57,884 bases of DNA, taken from positions 1-57,884 of the forward strand of contig JACQEN010000198.1 in NCBI GenBank assembly GCA_016200585.1, given 5' to 3'. The stretch comes from Deltaproteobacteria bacterium (GTDB lineage Bacteria; Desulfobacterota; Binatia; HRBIN30). Positions 1 through 9,059 of the stretch are shown piece by piece. The notes below the pieces were generated by a model, which saw only the letters and a program-made list of their open reading frames with translations, did not search any database and was not told the DNA's origin. How positions within the stretch are numbered: the first letter of the stretch is position 1; every line of letters begins with the position of its first letter. The translations under genes were made by a program, and so were the position numbers.

Positions 1-122
1 CCGGATTGCGTCTCGGCGACGACCAGGATGATGATCATCGGCACGATGAGCAGCGACAAGACCGCCGACCGATCGCGCGAGATCAGCCGCAGGTCTTTGA
101 GCATCACGCGCAGCAGCTTCAC
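1..122 (-). CDS. ABC-2 type transporter permease, N-terminal part (runs off window start)
   Basis: Manual translation from GTG at 122, which overlaps the TGA of the upstream gene: MKLLRVMLKDLRLISRDRSAVLSLLIVPMIIILVVAETQS. The K-D-L-R-x-x-x-R-D motif plus TM helix is typical of ABC-2 permease N-termini. Confidence 0.75.
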   Translation of the reverse strand, partial: MKLLRVMLKDLRLISRDRSAVLSLLIVPMIIILVVAETQS

Positions 123-763
123 AGCTCGTCCTCGCTGCCCTTGCCGTTGGGCCCGTACTTCTTGCGCATGCGGTTGAGCAGATCCTCGGGTCCGGATTTC
201 TGTAGAATGCGATCGAGCTGGCGCCGGAAGTTGTTGGTCAAGCTGAGATCCTCGATGCGGATGTCGGTCGCCAGCCAGCGCCCGCCCTGCCGGCGCAGCG
301 AGTACGCGACCGCGAACTCGTCACGCGGGGTGATGATCTTGGTGTCGACGCGTGCCTGGTCGCCGTCCACCTGTTCACCGGCGTATCCGAAATCGGGCTT
401 CTCGAAGAGCAGCAGTTTCTGCACGTAGGTGCGTTGGAAGAGCTCGCGGAACAAGGTCAGGAATTCCTTCTGCTGCGCCGCCGAAAACTTGCTCCAGTGT
501 TGATCGAGGGCCGCTTTGCCCATCACGTCGGTGTCGAGGAAGGTCTTGAGTAAATCCGAGAGATCGGTGAGCTTCTGATTGTGCGGCGTGTCGTTGCCGG
601 CGATCGCCCGAGCCCGCTCCAACACCGAGCGCGTCTGCTCCAGCGGCGTCGACGTAGCGCCAGCGCCGCCGACCAGCAGCGAAGCCGCCACCACGGCCGC
701 GACGACGCTTTGTCCAGCGAAACGCCCGACGCCCGACGCCCGACGTCCTACGATCATCGTCAT
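119..763 (-). CDS. MlaC/Ttg2D/HpnM-family periplasmic lipid-binding protein
   Basis: Signal peptide, then D.DVMGKAAL..HW..FS.AQQKEF..LF..LFQRTY and W.ATDIRIEDLSLTNNFRRQL. ATG at 763 directly follows the TAA of the ATPase gene; the upstream extension in the ORF track is unlikely to be real. Confidence 0.85.
   Translation of the reverse strand: MTMIVGRRASGVGRFAGQSVVAAVVAASLLVGGAGATSTPLEQTRSVLERARAIAGNDTPHNQKLTDLSDLLKTFLDTDVMGKAALDQHWSKFSAAQQKEFLTLFRELFQRTYVQKLLLFEKPDFGYAGEQVDGDQARVDTKIITPRDEFAVAYSLRRQGGRWLATDIRIEDLSLTNNFRRQLDRILQKSGPEDLLNRMRKKYGPNGKGSEDEL
722..749. repeat. Heptamer tandem repeat (ACGCCCG)x3 plus a degenerate unit at the 5' end of the MlaC-family gene
   Basis: acgcccg acgcccg acgcccg acgtcct read directly. 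Confidence 0.7.
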
Positions 764-764
764 C

Positions 765-1769
765 TTAGTCGCGCAAATCCTTTCCGGTGAGCTGCAAGAA
801 GAGGTTTTCCAGCCGCATTGGGGCGATTTCGACGGATACCGTGTCGGCGTACCGGCCGAGGGCTTGATGCAAAGGACCGAGCATGCGCACCGCATTGTTG
901 ACGTACAAACGAACCACATCGTCGCGAGTTTCGATGCGGCAACTGTGTTCGCCCAGATGCAAGCTGGTGAGGTCCATTCCTGCAGGTAGTCCGTGCAGCT
1001 CGATGACCTCCGAGCAGCCGGCTTCCGCGAGCAGCGAATCGAGGCTGCCGAGGGCGATGATCTTGCCTTCGTCCATGATGCCGAGGCGATTGCACAAGCG
1101 CTCGGCCTCTTCCATGTAGTGCGTGGTGTAGAGAATGGCGGTTCCGGCGTCGCGCAACTGCTCGACGATGGTGAAGATGTTTTCGCGCGAATGCGGGTCG
1201 ACGCCGACCGTCGGTTCGTCGAGCAGGATAAGCTTGGGCTGGTGCACCATGCTGACGGCCAGATTCAAGCGCCGCTTCATGCCGCCCGAGAACGTCACGA
1301 CACGATCGTTGCGGCGCCCTTCGAGGCCGACGAGCTCGAGCAAGCGGACGATGCGCCGTTCCAGCTCGTCTTTCGGAACGCCATACATGCGGCCGAAGAA
1401 GCGCAAGTTTTCCAAGCCCGTCAGCTCCGGGTAGAGAGCCAGCTCCTGCGGCACGACGCCGATGAGGTGGCGCACGCTGGCGACGTCGTTGTGCACGCTG
1501 TGGCCGAAGACCTTGGCGTCGCCCGACGTCGCTCGCAACAGGGTCGATACGATCGAGATCGTCGTTGTCTTGCCGGCTCCGTTGGGGCCGAGCAACCCGA
1601 ACACCTCGCCGGCTCGGATGTCGAAGCTCAAGCCGGCCACCGCCTCGATACCTTCGTAGCGCTTGTGCAGACGTTCCACGTGCAAGGCGACATCTCCCGT
1701 TCGCACCGGAGCTTTGGGAACAGCCCTATCGTTCGGCAGTGCTGAGGCGGCTTGCATGCTCGACGTCAT
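765..1769 (-). CDS. ABC transporter ATP-binding protein (DrrA/ABC-2 exporter type)
   Basis: Walker A GPNGAGKTT, signature FSGGMKRR, Walker B ILLDEPT, H-loop TTHYMEEAE. Start taken at ATG 1769 (1757 is an alternative). Confidence 0.92.
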   Translation of the reverse strand: MTSSMQAASALPNDRAVPKAPVRTGDVALHVERLHKRYEGIEAVAGLSFDIRAGEVFGLLGPNGAGKTTTISIVSTLLRATSGDAKVFGHSVHNDVASVRHLIGVVPQELALYPELTGLENLRFFGRMYGVPKDELERRIVRLLELVGLEGRRNDRVVTFSGGMKRRLNLAVSMVHQPKLILLDEPTVGVDPHSRENIFTIVEQLRDAGTAILYTTHYMEEAERLCNRLGIMDEGKIIALGSLDSLLAEAGCSEVIELHGLPAGMDLTSLHLGEHSCRIETRDDVVRLYVNNAVRMLGPLHQALGRYADTVSVEIAPMRLENLFLQLTGKDLRD

Positions 1770-1966
1770 CTTTTGCCTTGGCGGAATCGTTTGCTCTCTG
1801 AGACGCCGTTCAAAGCAGATTTGTTTCAGCGACGGAAGGCCACGTGGGGTGTCAAGGGATAAGGCACGAAGTCCTCGGGTCGCGAAGCCTCGCAAGCTCG
1901 ATCCCCCGTTCGGTTGCGCCACGACCATCGAGTGGGCCAGATTGGGCCGCGAAAGGAGTGCGCTTG

Positions 1967-3325
1967 ATGAGATTGCGGATAGTGCTGGCTGCGGCGATGG
2001 CGTGGCTGCCAGCGATACCGGTCTGGGCGGAGACGATCCCACCGACCTACGATTTGGCGACGTGCATTCGTGAGGCCCTGGTCAACAGTCCGGACCTGCA
2101 TGCGGCAGCCGCCGAGATTGCGGCGGCGCGTGCACAGCTGCACGAGGCACAAGCGGGGCGTTGGGGGGAGGCCGAGTACAATCAGATCTTGAGTGCGGTT
2201 CCGAAGGCCGAAGGCAACATCGTCAATTCGCCGCAGAACCGCAATGCGCTGCTCGAAGGGCTCGGGCCGTTCACCCGACTCGATCTGTCGATCAACATCC
2301 CGTTGTGGACCTTCGGCAAGCTGAGCTCGGCTCTCGAAGCGGCACAGCGTGGTTTGGAGAGTCAGCAAGCCGGCGGCGAAGCGAAGCGAGCCGACGTGAT
2401 CTTCGACGTCAAACAGCTTTACTACGGGTTGGCTCTGACACAGCAGCTGTCGTTTGTGCTGCACGACATGCTCGACAATATGGACAAAGCGGTCGGCAAG
2501 ACCAAACAAAGGCTCGACGCCGGCTCGAAGACGGTCAGCGAGATCGACTTGCTGAAACTACGCACCGGGAGGGCGAAGTTTGCCAAAGGTGTGGCGGAGG
2601 TCGACGCGGCCGCGACCCTGGCGCGCGCTGCCCTGGCCAGGGCAATCGGGAAGGAAGTCAACGCCCCGCTGCAGATAGCGGAACGCCGCTTGCAGCCGGT
2701 CGATGCCCGTGTCGACGCGCTGGATACCTACCTCGCCGAAGCCGCCGACCACCGTCCCGAGGCGCGTCAGATTGCCAGCGGCGTGGCGGCGCAATCGGCC
2801 AAGGTCAACCTCGAAGAGGCGGGGCTCTATCCGTCCTTCTTCTTGACCACCGGGTTTCAGTACGCCGTGGCACCCAACCGCACGACGCAGAAGAACCCTT
2901 TTGCCTATGAAGATTTCAACTACACGCGCCCGGTGGGTGCCTTCGGCCTGCACTGGGATATCAACTTCTTCCGCACCCGGGCCAAAGTGGAGCAGGCACG
3001 CGCCGATCTCGATCGGTTGCGCTCGCAACAACGCGGCGCAACTTCCGGACTTCAACTGGAGGTCGAGAAAGCCTACTCCGAGCTCGTGCAGGCGCGCGAC
3101 ACGATGAAGGCGTCGGAAGACGGCCACAGCGCCGGCCGTGCCTTGCTCGTCCTCACCGTCAGCAACTTCGACCTCGGGATCGGTGAGGCCGAGGAGCTGT
3201 TCAAAGGGCTGGGTTCGTACACCGAAGCCAGCACCGACTACTACCGCGCGGTTCACGACTACAACCTGGCAATCGCTTCGTTGAGCAAGGCCGTCGGCAA
3301 GGAACTGGCGAAGCTCGAGTACTGA
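1967..3325 (+). CDS. TolC-family outer membrane efflux protein
   Basis: SD AAGGAG at ~1953, signal peptide, two OEP-like repeats (PLWTFGK...; LYPSFFL...W.INF) with coiled-coil segments. Confidence 0.85.
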   Translation: MRLRIVLAAAMAWLPAIPVWAETIPPTYDLATCIREALVNSPDLHAAAAEIAAARAQLHEAQAGRWGEAEYNQILSAVPKAEGNIVNSPQNRNALLEGLGPFTRLDLSINIPLWTFGKLSSALEAAQRGLESQQAGGEAKRADVIFDVKQLYYGLALTQQLSFVLHDMLDNMDKAVGKTKQRLDAGSKTVSEIDLLKLRTGRAKFAKGVAEVDAAATLARAALARAIGKEVNAPLQIAERRLQPVDARVDALDTYLAEAADHRPEARQIASGVAAQSAKVNLEEAGLYPSFFLTTGFQYAVAPNRTTQKNPFAYEDFNYTRPVGAFGLHWDINFFRTRAKVEQARADLDRLRSQQRGATSGLQLEVEKAYSELVQARDTMKASEDGHSAGRALLVLTVSNFDLGIGEAEELFKGLGSYTEASTDYYRAVHDYNLAIASLSKAVGKELAKLEY

Positions 3326-3327
3326 GG

Positions 3328-3420
3328 GATTGGCGATTGAAGATTTGGGATTCGAGATTTGGGATTGGTCATCTAGGCGCAAATCAACCATCTCCAATCA
3401 GCAGTCACCAATCTTCAATC
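3328..3420. repeat. Inverted heptamer tandem-repeat element (GATTNNN arm, NNNAATC arm)
   Basis: GATTGGC GATTGAA GATTTGG GATTCGA GATTTGG GATTGG, spacer containing CTAG, then AACCATC TCCAATC AGCAGTC ACCAATC TTCAATC. Confidence 0.8.
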
Positions 3421-3450
3421 GGATTGCTTCCTTCGCTATGAGGCAAGACC

Positions 3451-4155
3451 ATGCAATCTGTCCACCTAGCTTGGCTGCGAGCTGCCTGCGCCGTGAGCCT
3501 TCTCCTGCTCGCCGGCTGCGCTCTGATTGAGCCGGACGAATCGGAAGAGGATTCATCGAGCCGTCAAACCATCGAGCGAACCACGGTACCGGAGGATCAA
3601 GTGCCACCTTCCGGTCCGGCGGGCGATCTGGAGGAAAGTGCGATCGAGTCCCCCACGCCGACGGCGTCGCCGACCCCGACCGTGGCGCAGGCTCCGGAGG
3701 CCGCTGCTCCTGCGGCTATCCCCGCGACGGCGGTTGATGGTACCTCGGTCCTGAACCTGATCAACACTTCGACACCTTCCAATGTCGCTGCGGCGCTGCA
3801 TCTCGTGGAAGAGGGCCGCCTTCAACTGATGCAGCAGCAGTTCGACGTGGCGCGCGAAGGCTTCGAACACTCGTTGTCGATCGATCCGACGAGTCCGTAC
3901 GGCTACTACTTCCTCGCCCAGCTGCACTACCAGCGCCAGAGCTACGATCAGGCGATGGCGTTTGCCGGTCGTGCCGCTGGTCTGGCGCGGCAAGCGAGCA
4001 GTGTCTGGCAGGGGCGCATCGCGGCGCTGCAAGGTTCCATCTACGAAGCGGTGGGTCGCTATCCCGATGCGCGTCAGGCGTACAAGCAGGCCGTGCGCGC
4101 CGACCCCGACAATGCCACTGCCCGCGCCGGCTTGGCACGAGTGGATGCGCCATAG
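3451..4155 (+). CDS. TPR-repeat lipoprotein
   Basis: Lipobox LLAGC, Pro/Thr/Ala-rich linker, C-terminal TPR repeats (SLSIDP.SPYGYYFLA; YKQAVRADPDN). Confidence 0.8.
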   Translation: MQSVHLAWLRAACAVSLLLLAGCALIEPDESEEDSSSRQTIERTTVPEDQVPPSGPAGDLEESAIESPTPTASPTPTVAQAPEAAAPAAIPATAVDGTSVLNLINTSTPSNVAAALHLVEEGRLQLMQQQFDVAREGFEHSLSIDPTSPYGYYFLAQLHYQRQSYDQAMAFAGRAAGLARQASSVWQGRIAALQGSIYEAVGRYPDARQAYKQAVRADPDNATARAGLARVDAP

Positions 4156-4166
4156 CGGGCAAGTCG

Positions 4167-5171
4167 ATGCGGATCCTCGCCATTGAAACCTCGTGTGACG
4201 ATACGTCAGCCGCCGTACTGGACGACGGTCGGGTGCGGTCGAACGTCGTTGCGTCGCAAGACGAGATCCATCGCAAGTTCGGCGGAGTCGTCCCGGAGCT
4301 GGCGTCGCGTTCGCATATGCGGCGGATTCTTCCGATCATCGACACGGCGCTCGAGCGCGCCGAGGTCGTGTTGGACGACATCGAAGCGATCGCAGCCACC
4401 TGCGGGCCGGGGCTCGTCGGTTCGTTGCTGGTCGGATTGACGACCGCCAAGGCGATTGCCTACGCGCGGCAGCTGCCGTTCGTCGGCGTCAATCATCTCG
4501 AAGGCCACCTGTTGTCGGTGCGCTTGGAGGAGCGGGTCGATTTTCCGTATGTCGCACTGCTCGTCTCCGGCGGCCATACCAGCCTCTACTATGCGGATGA
4601 CCTCGGCCGTTATCGCTTGCTCGGGGCGACGCGCGACGATGCCGCCGGGGAGGCTTTCGACAAAGTGGCCAAGGTGATGGGGCTCGGCTTCCCCGGAGGA
4701 CGCGTCATCGACGAGCTGGCACGCCAGGGCGATGCAACGGCGGTGCGCTTGCCGCGCACGCGTCTCAAACCGCAACCGGGCAGCAGCCCGTTCGAGTTTA
4801 GTTTCAGCGGCCTCAAAACGGCGGTCTGGCAGTTGGTGCGCGATCGTCCGCTCGCGAGCGACGCCGCGCGCGCCGACCTCGCGGCGAGCTTTCAAGAGAC
4901 TGTTGTCAACACACTTCTCGACACCAGCTTCGCGGCGCTCAAGCACGTCGGCTGTCGCCAGCTGGTGATTGCCGGTGGCGTGTCGGCGAACACGCGGTTG
5001 CGCGAACGCGCCCACAAGGTCGGGGCCGACGCCGGCGTCGACGTGTTCATCCCGCCGCTGCGCTACTGTACCGACAACGCAGCCATGATCGCCTTGGCTG
5101 CGAACTATCGCCTCGAACGCGGCGAAAGCGACGCTTGGACGTTGAACGCCGCCGCCGACCTGGAGCTGTGA
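4167..5171 (+). CDS. tsaD: tRNA N6-adenosine threonylcarbamoyltransferase
   Basis: ILAIETSCDDT, GGVVPELASRSH, NHLEGH, LVSGGHT, DDAAGEAFDK, CTDNAAMI. Confidence 0.97.
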   Translation: MRILAIETSCDDTSAAVLDDGRVRSNVVASQDEIHRKFGGVVPELASRSHMRRILPIIDTALERAEVVLDDIEAIAATCGPGLVGSLLVGLTTAKAIAYARQLPFVGVNHLEGHLLSVRLEERVDFPYVALLVSGGHTSLYYADDLGRYRLLGATRDDAAGEAFDKVAKVMGLGFPGGRVIDELARQGDATAVRLPRTRLKPQPGSSPFEFSFSGLKTAVWQLVRDRPLASDAARADLAASFQETVVNTLLDTSFAALKHVGCRQLVIAGGVSANTRLRERAHKVGADAGVDVFIPPLRYCTDNAAMIALAANYRLERGESDAWTLNAAADLEL

Positions 5172-5175
5172 GGTC

Positions 5176-6027
5176 GTGAAGCGCAAGCGCCGCCTGGCGC
5201 CCACCGGCAGCGTACGCGACGAGCTGACGCAACTCGGCCGCGGCGCTCGCAAGAGCCTCGGACAACACTTCCTGGCCAGCGCCGAGACGGCGCAACGCAT
5301 CGTTGCGTTGGCGGCACTGCGCGGCGACGAGCGTGTCGTCGAAATCGGCCCGGGGCTTGGGGCGCTGACGAGTATCCTTGCCGCGACGGCGCGCGAGTTG
5401 TGGCTGATCGAGCTCGACGCCGACTTCGCCGCGCGCTTGCGCGAAATCTACGCCCGGAACCCGAACGTCCACGTGGTGGAAGCCGATGTCCTGCGCGTCG
5501 ACTTCGGCGAGCTGCTGGGCACAGGTGCTCCGGCCGTCGTGGTTGCCAATCTGCCGTACAACGTCGCCACGGCGATCCTGGCGCGCCTCATCGAACAGCA
5601 GGGTTGCTTTGCGCGTTTCATCGTCATGGTACAGCGGGAGGTTGCCGAACGGCTGTACGCCAAAGCCGGAACGCCTGCCTACTCGGCGCTGTCGGTATTG
5701 ACGCAGGTCGAAGCGCGAGTCGAACCAGGCTTGCGGCTCGGGCCGGGAGCCTTCGTGCCGCCGCCGAAGGTCGAGTCCGAGGTCATCATCGTCACGCCCT
5801 ACGACTCGCCGCCGGTGCCGATCGACGACCTCGCCGAGTTCAAGCGTCTGGTGCGGACGGTGTTTACGCAACGCCGCAAGCAACTCGGCAACAGCCTGGG
5901 CCAAATCTGCGATGATCCGCATCGGGTCCTTGCACAAGCCGGCGTCGATCCGCAGCGCCGTCCCGAGACGCTCGATCTCGCCGAGTTTGCCCGCCTGTCG
6001 GCGGCACAGCGACTGGATGCCGGCTGA
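5176..6027 (+). CDS. rsmA: 16S rRNA m6,2A dimethyltransferase (KsgA)
   Basis: KSLGQHFL, VEIGPGLG, ANLPYN, MVQREVAERL, F.PPPKVES, QRRKQL. Confidence 0.96.
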   Translation: MKRKRRLAPTGSVRDELTQLGRGARKSLGQHFLASAETAQRIVALAALRGDERVVEIGPGLGALTSILAATARELWLIELDADFAARLREIYARNPNVHVVEADVLRVDFGELLGTGAPAVVVANLPYNVATAILARLIEQQGCFARFIVMVQREVAERLYAKAGTPAYSALSVLTQVEARVEPGLRLGPGAFVPPPKVESEVIIVTPYDSPPVPIDDLAEFKRLVRTVFTQRRKQLGNSLGQICDDPHRVLAQAGVDPQRRPETLDLAEFARLSAAQRLDAG

Positions 6028-6836
6028 TGCCCGAGCTGCCTGAAGTTGAAACCGTACGCCTGTCGTTGCTGCCCATCGTGGGATTGCGAATCGACGCGGT
6101 CGAGGTGCGTGAACCGCGATTGCGCCGCCGCTTGGCGCACAATTTCGCGGCGCAGCTGAACCGGCGAACCTTCGAGGCAATCGACCGCAGGGGAAAATAT
6201 CTGTTGTTCCGGCTCGACGGCGGCGACACGTTGCTGGCGCATCTCGGCATGAGCGGCGCCTTGCTTCTGCAGCCGGCGGGCACGGCGCCGCAGCTTCATG
6301 ATCACGTTCGATTGCATTTGGCGGACGGCCGCCTTCTGACGTTCAACGATCCGCGCCGCTTTGGCCTGCTGCAGATCGGGCGCGAGGCCGACTTTGCCGA
6401 GCTACGGCGTGTCGGGCCGGATCCCCTGGCGCGCGAGTTCACGGTCGATGACTTCCTGCGGCTTTTGCGCGGTCGCAAGAAACCGGTGAAGAATCTCTTG
6501 ATGGATCAACAGGGCATCGCCGGGATCGGCAACATCTACGCCAACGAAATGCTGTTCGTTGCCGGGATACGCCCGGCACGACAGGCGCGCCGGGTCACGC
6601 GCGATCAGGCCGACCGGTTGTACGAGGCGATGCGCGCCGTGTTGACGCGTGCCATCCAACGCGGCGGCAGCTCGATCTCCGACTACCGCGACGGCGAGGG
6701 GCGTACGGGATACTTCCAGCTCGAGCTGGCGGTGTACGATCGCGCCGGCGCGCCGTGCCACCGCTGTGGAGCAACGATCAAGCGCGTCGTGCACGCCGGC
6801 CGTAGCAGCTTCTACTGTGCGCAGTGCCAGAAATAG
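6027..6836 (+). CDS. mutM: Formamidopyrimidine-DNA glycosylase
   Basis: N-terminal MPELPEVET, RRGKY, HLGMSG, DPRRFG, GIGNIYANE, C-terminal zinc finger CHRC...CAQCQ. Confidence 0.97.
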   Translation: MPELPEVETVRLSLLPIVGLRIDAVEVREPRLRRRLAHNFAAQLNRRTFEAIDRRGKYLLFRLDGGDTLLAHLGMSGALLLQPAGTAPQLHDHVRLHLADGRLLTFNDPRRFGLLQIGREADFAELRRVGPDPLAREFTVDDFLRLLRGRKKPVKNLLMDQQGIAGIGNIYANEMLFVAGIRPARQARRVTRDQADRLYEAMRAVLTRAIQRGGSSISDYRDGEGRTGYFQLELAVYDRAGAPCHRCGATIKRVVHAGRSSFYCAQCQK

Positions 6837-6840
6837 AGAG

Positions 6841-6911
6841 AATGGCGATTGGCGATTTGTGATTGTGGATTGCTCCTAGAATCCAAGATCGCAAATCTAC
6901 GATCCACCATT
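6841..6911. repeat. Inverted heptamer tandem-repeat element, same family as 3328-3420
   Basis: GATTGGC GATTTGT GATTGTG GATTG, central CTAG at 6876-6879, then AATCCAA GATCGCA AATCTAC GATCCAC. Confidence 0.75.
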
Positions 6912-6962
6912 TCCCGCAGCGTGTTTGACTTCCTGTTCGCCGCCAACCGAAATGAGGCCACA

Positions 6963-7973
6963 ATGCAGAATCGCCCGACCATAGCTCTCGCGATGTTGCC
7001 GATGCTCAACGCCGAGCTGATGACCGACGCACACTGGTCGCGACTCGAAGCGCTGTGTCGGGTTCCCGATCGCGAAGCGCTGACGACCTTCGCCGAGCCG
7101 CGGGCGTTCGATTTGCTGGCGCAGGCCGAGATTCTGTTGACCGGCTGGGGCTGTCCGATGATCGATACGCACGTCCTCGATCAGGCGCCGCAGCTGCGTG
7201 CTGTCGTGCACGCTGCCGGAACGGTCAAGCAGCACATGGATCCGGTCTGCTGGCAACGCGGCATTGCCGTCACTGCGGCTGCGGCCGCCAACGCAGTGCC
7301 GGTTGCCGAATACACGCTCGCGGCAATCTTGTTCGCCAACAAGCGGGTTCTGCGCTTGCAGCAGCGCTACCGGGAGGCGCGCGAATTTCGCTGGTGGCCG
7401 ATGGAGTTTCCGCGGCTCGGCAACTATCGCAAAGTCGTTGGCATCGTGGGTGCGTCACACGTCGGCCGCAAAGTCATCGAGCTGCTGCGCCCGTTCGACC
7501 TCAGCGTCGTCCTTTATGACCCTTTTGTCGACGCAACCGCGGCGGCTGCTCTCGGTGTGCGCAAACTAGAGCTCGACGACCTGATGCGTGAAGCCGACGT
7601 CGTTAGTTTGCACGCTCCGGCCTTGGCGGAGACGCGCCACCTCATCGATCGCCGCCGCCTGGCCCTGATGCGCGACGGCGCGACGCTCATCAACACCGCA
7701 CGCGGCTGGATCGTCGATCACGCAGCGCTCGAAGAGGAGCTGCGGAGCGGTCGCATCGACGCCATCCTCGACACCACCGAGCCGGAGATCCTGCCGGCGG
7801 AGTCGCCGCTCTATGAACTGCCCAACGTCTTTCTGACGCCGCACATCGCCGGGTCGATGGGGGTGGAAACACAGCGGATGGCGGATCTGGCTCTCGACGA
7901 GATCGAACGCTTCGTGAAGGGGAAAGAGTTTCGCTACGCGATCAGGGCGGAAGATCTGGCGCGGATTGCGTAG
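6963..7973 (+). CDS. D-isomer-specific 2-hydroxyacid dehydrogenase (NAD-binding)
   Basis: Rossmann VGIVGASHVG, VSLHAP, LINTARG, catalytic E (EPE) and TPHIAG. Start ATG 6963 follows GAGG. Confidence 0.9.
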   Translation: MQNRPTIALAMLPMLNAELMTDAHWSRLEALCRVPDREALTTFAEPRAFDLLAQAEILLTGWGCPMIDTHVLDQAPQLRAVVHAAGTVKQHMDPVCWQRGIAVTAAAAANAVPVAEYTLAAILFANKRVLRLQQRYREAREFRWWPMEFPRLGNYRKVVGIVGASHVGRKVIELLRPFDLSVVLYDPFVDATAAAALGVRKLELDDLMREADVVSLHAPALAETRHLIDRRRLALMRDGATLINTARGWIVDHAALEEELRSGRIDAILDTTEPEILPAESPLYELPNVFLTPHIAGSMGVETQRMADLALDEIERFVKGKEFRYAIRAEDLARIA

Positions 7974-7975
7974 AT

Positions 7976-8235
7976 ACCACCCCCTGACCCCCTCGTTGCC
8001 CTCCTTGAGGCTTTGCCTACCAGTTCGGTCTGTGCGGGCTTGGCGCCTCAAACCCGACGATGAATCGTCGGGCTGAAACCAGGCACCCCGTGAACGGGGT
8101 GCGGAACAGGTTGGGAGTTTCAATGCTTGCGCCTGCTTCGAGCGGGCGCCTGATTTCAGCCGGGGCATTCATGCCCCGGTCCAAAACGCGCGTTTGGTCA
8201 TTGGCGGGCAAAGCCCCTGCTTGGTAAGGAGGGGG
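7976..8235. repeat. Composite palindromic repeat region: DUF559-type repeat halves at both ends enclosing an inverted pair of REP-like double hairpins
   Basis: ACCACCCCCT (7976-7985) and CCCCTGCTTGGTAAGGAGGGGG (8214-8235) match the repeats at 35323-35357 and 35715-35751. Internal hairpins at 8053-8072, 8083-8102, 8129-8149 and 8160-8179. Confidence 0.75.
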
Positions 8236-8258
8236 AAGTCGGCGTATAGAGCTCACCT

Positions 8259-9059
8259 ATGCATCTCGCCTTCTGCTCCATCTCCGCCGTCGACCGGTCG
8301 ATCGAAGCTGCGGCCGCGCTTGCCGCTCAGTGTGGGCTCGATGGGCTCGAAGTCACCGCCCATGCTCCGCATCTTGATCCGGAGGCCGGACCGTCGGCAG
8401 CACACGACATCGGTCGAGCTGTGCGTGCCGCTGGCGTCGACGTTGTTGCCTACGGTTCGTATCTCGGCCGCTTCGGACAAATCACCACAGCGCACGCCGA
8501 GCGTGAAGCGGCAATCGCTGCCGCTCTGGAGACGCGGTTGCTGCGCGTTTGGGCGGAACCAATCGAGGACGGCAGCGGCGATGTCGCGCCCACTGTCGAG
8601 CTGATGCGAGCCGCCTGCGATGCGGCGGCGGCGGCGGGAATCACCGTGGTCATCGAGCGTCATCTCGGTTCATTTGCCGACACACCGGAGCGTATCGAAC
8701 GCTTGCTGCAAGCGATCGATCGGCCGAATGTTGCGTTGAACTACCAGGTCCTCGATTTCTTGCCGGCGTCGGAGATTGCCGATCAACCCAGCGACGCCGC
8801 ACGTTTGGTGAAGCATGCACGTTACTTCCACCTGAAGAACTATCAACCCAACCCGATGGGCGAGCAGGTGATCCCCGGCGGTTCGCTTGCCGACGGTGTC
8901 CTCGACTATCGTGCCATTCTCGGAGCCGCCCTGCGCGCCGGCTATGACGGTCCGTTGACCATCGAGTTCCTGGCCGCCGACGAGCGATCGGTCGAAGAGA
9001 AGCTGGCAGCCGACGTCGCGTTCGTACGGCAGGTGCTGGCGAAGATCGAACATGGATAG
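8259..9059 (+). CDS. Sugar phosphate isomerase/epimerase family (xylose isomerase-like TIM barrel)
   Basis: G.DGLEV, VIERH, YFHLKN, G.LDY, GYDGPLTIE metal-binding pattern. Confidence 0.85.
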   Translation: MHLAFCSISAVDRSIEAAAALAAQCGLDGLEVTAHAPHLDPEAGPSAAHDIGRAVRAAGVDVVAYGSYLGRFGQITTAHAEREAAIAAALETRLLRVWAEPIEDGSGDVAPTVELMRAACDAAAAAGITVVIERHLGSFADTPERIERLLQAIDRPNVALNYQVLDFLPASEIADQPSDAARLVKHARYFHLKNYQPNPMGEQVIPGGSLADGVLDYRAILGAALRAGYDGPLTIEFLAADERSVEEKLAADVAFVRQVLAKIEHG

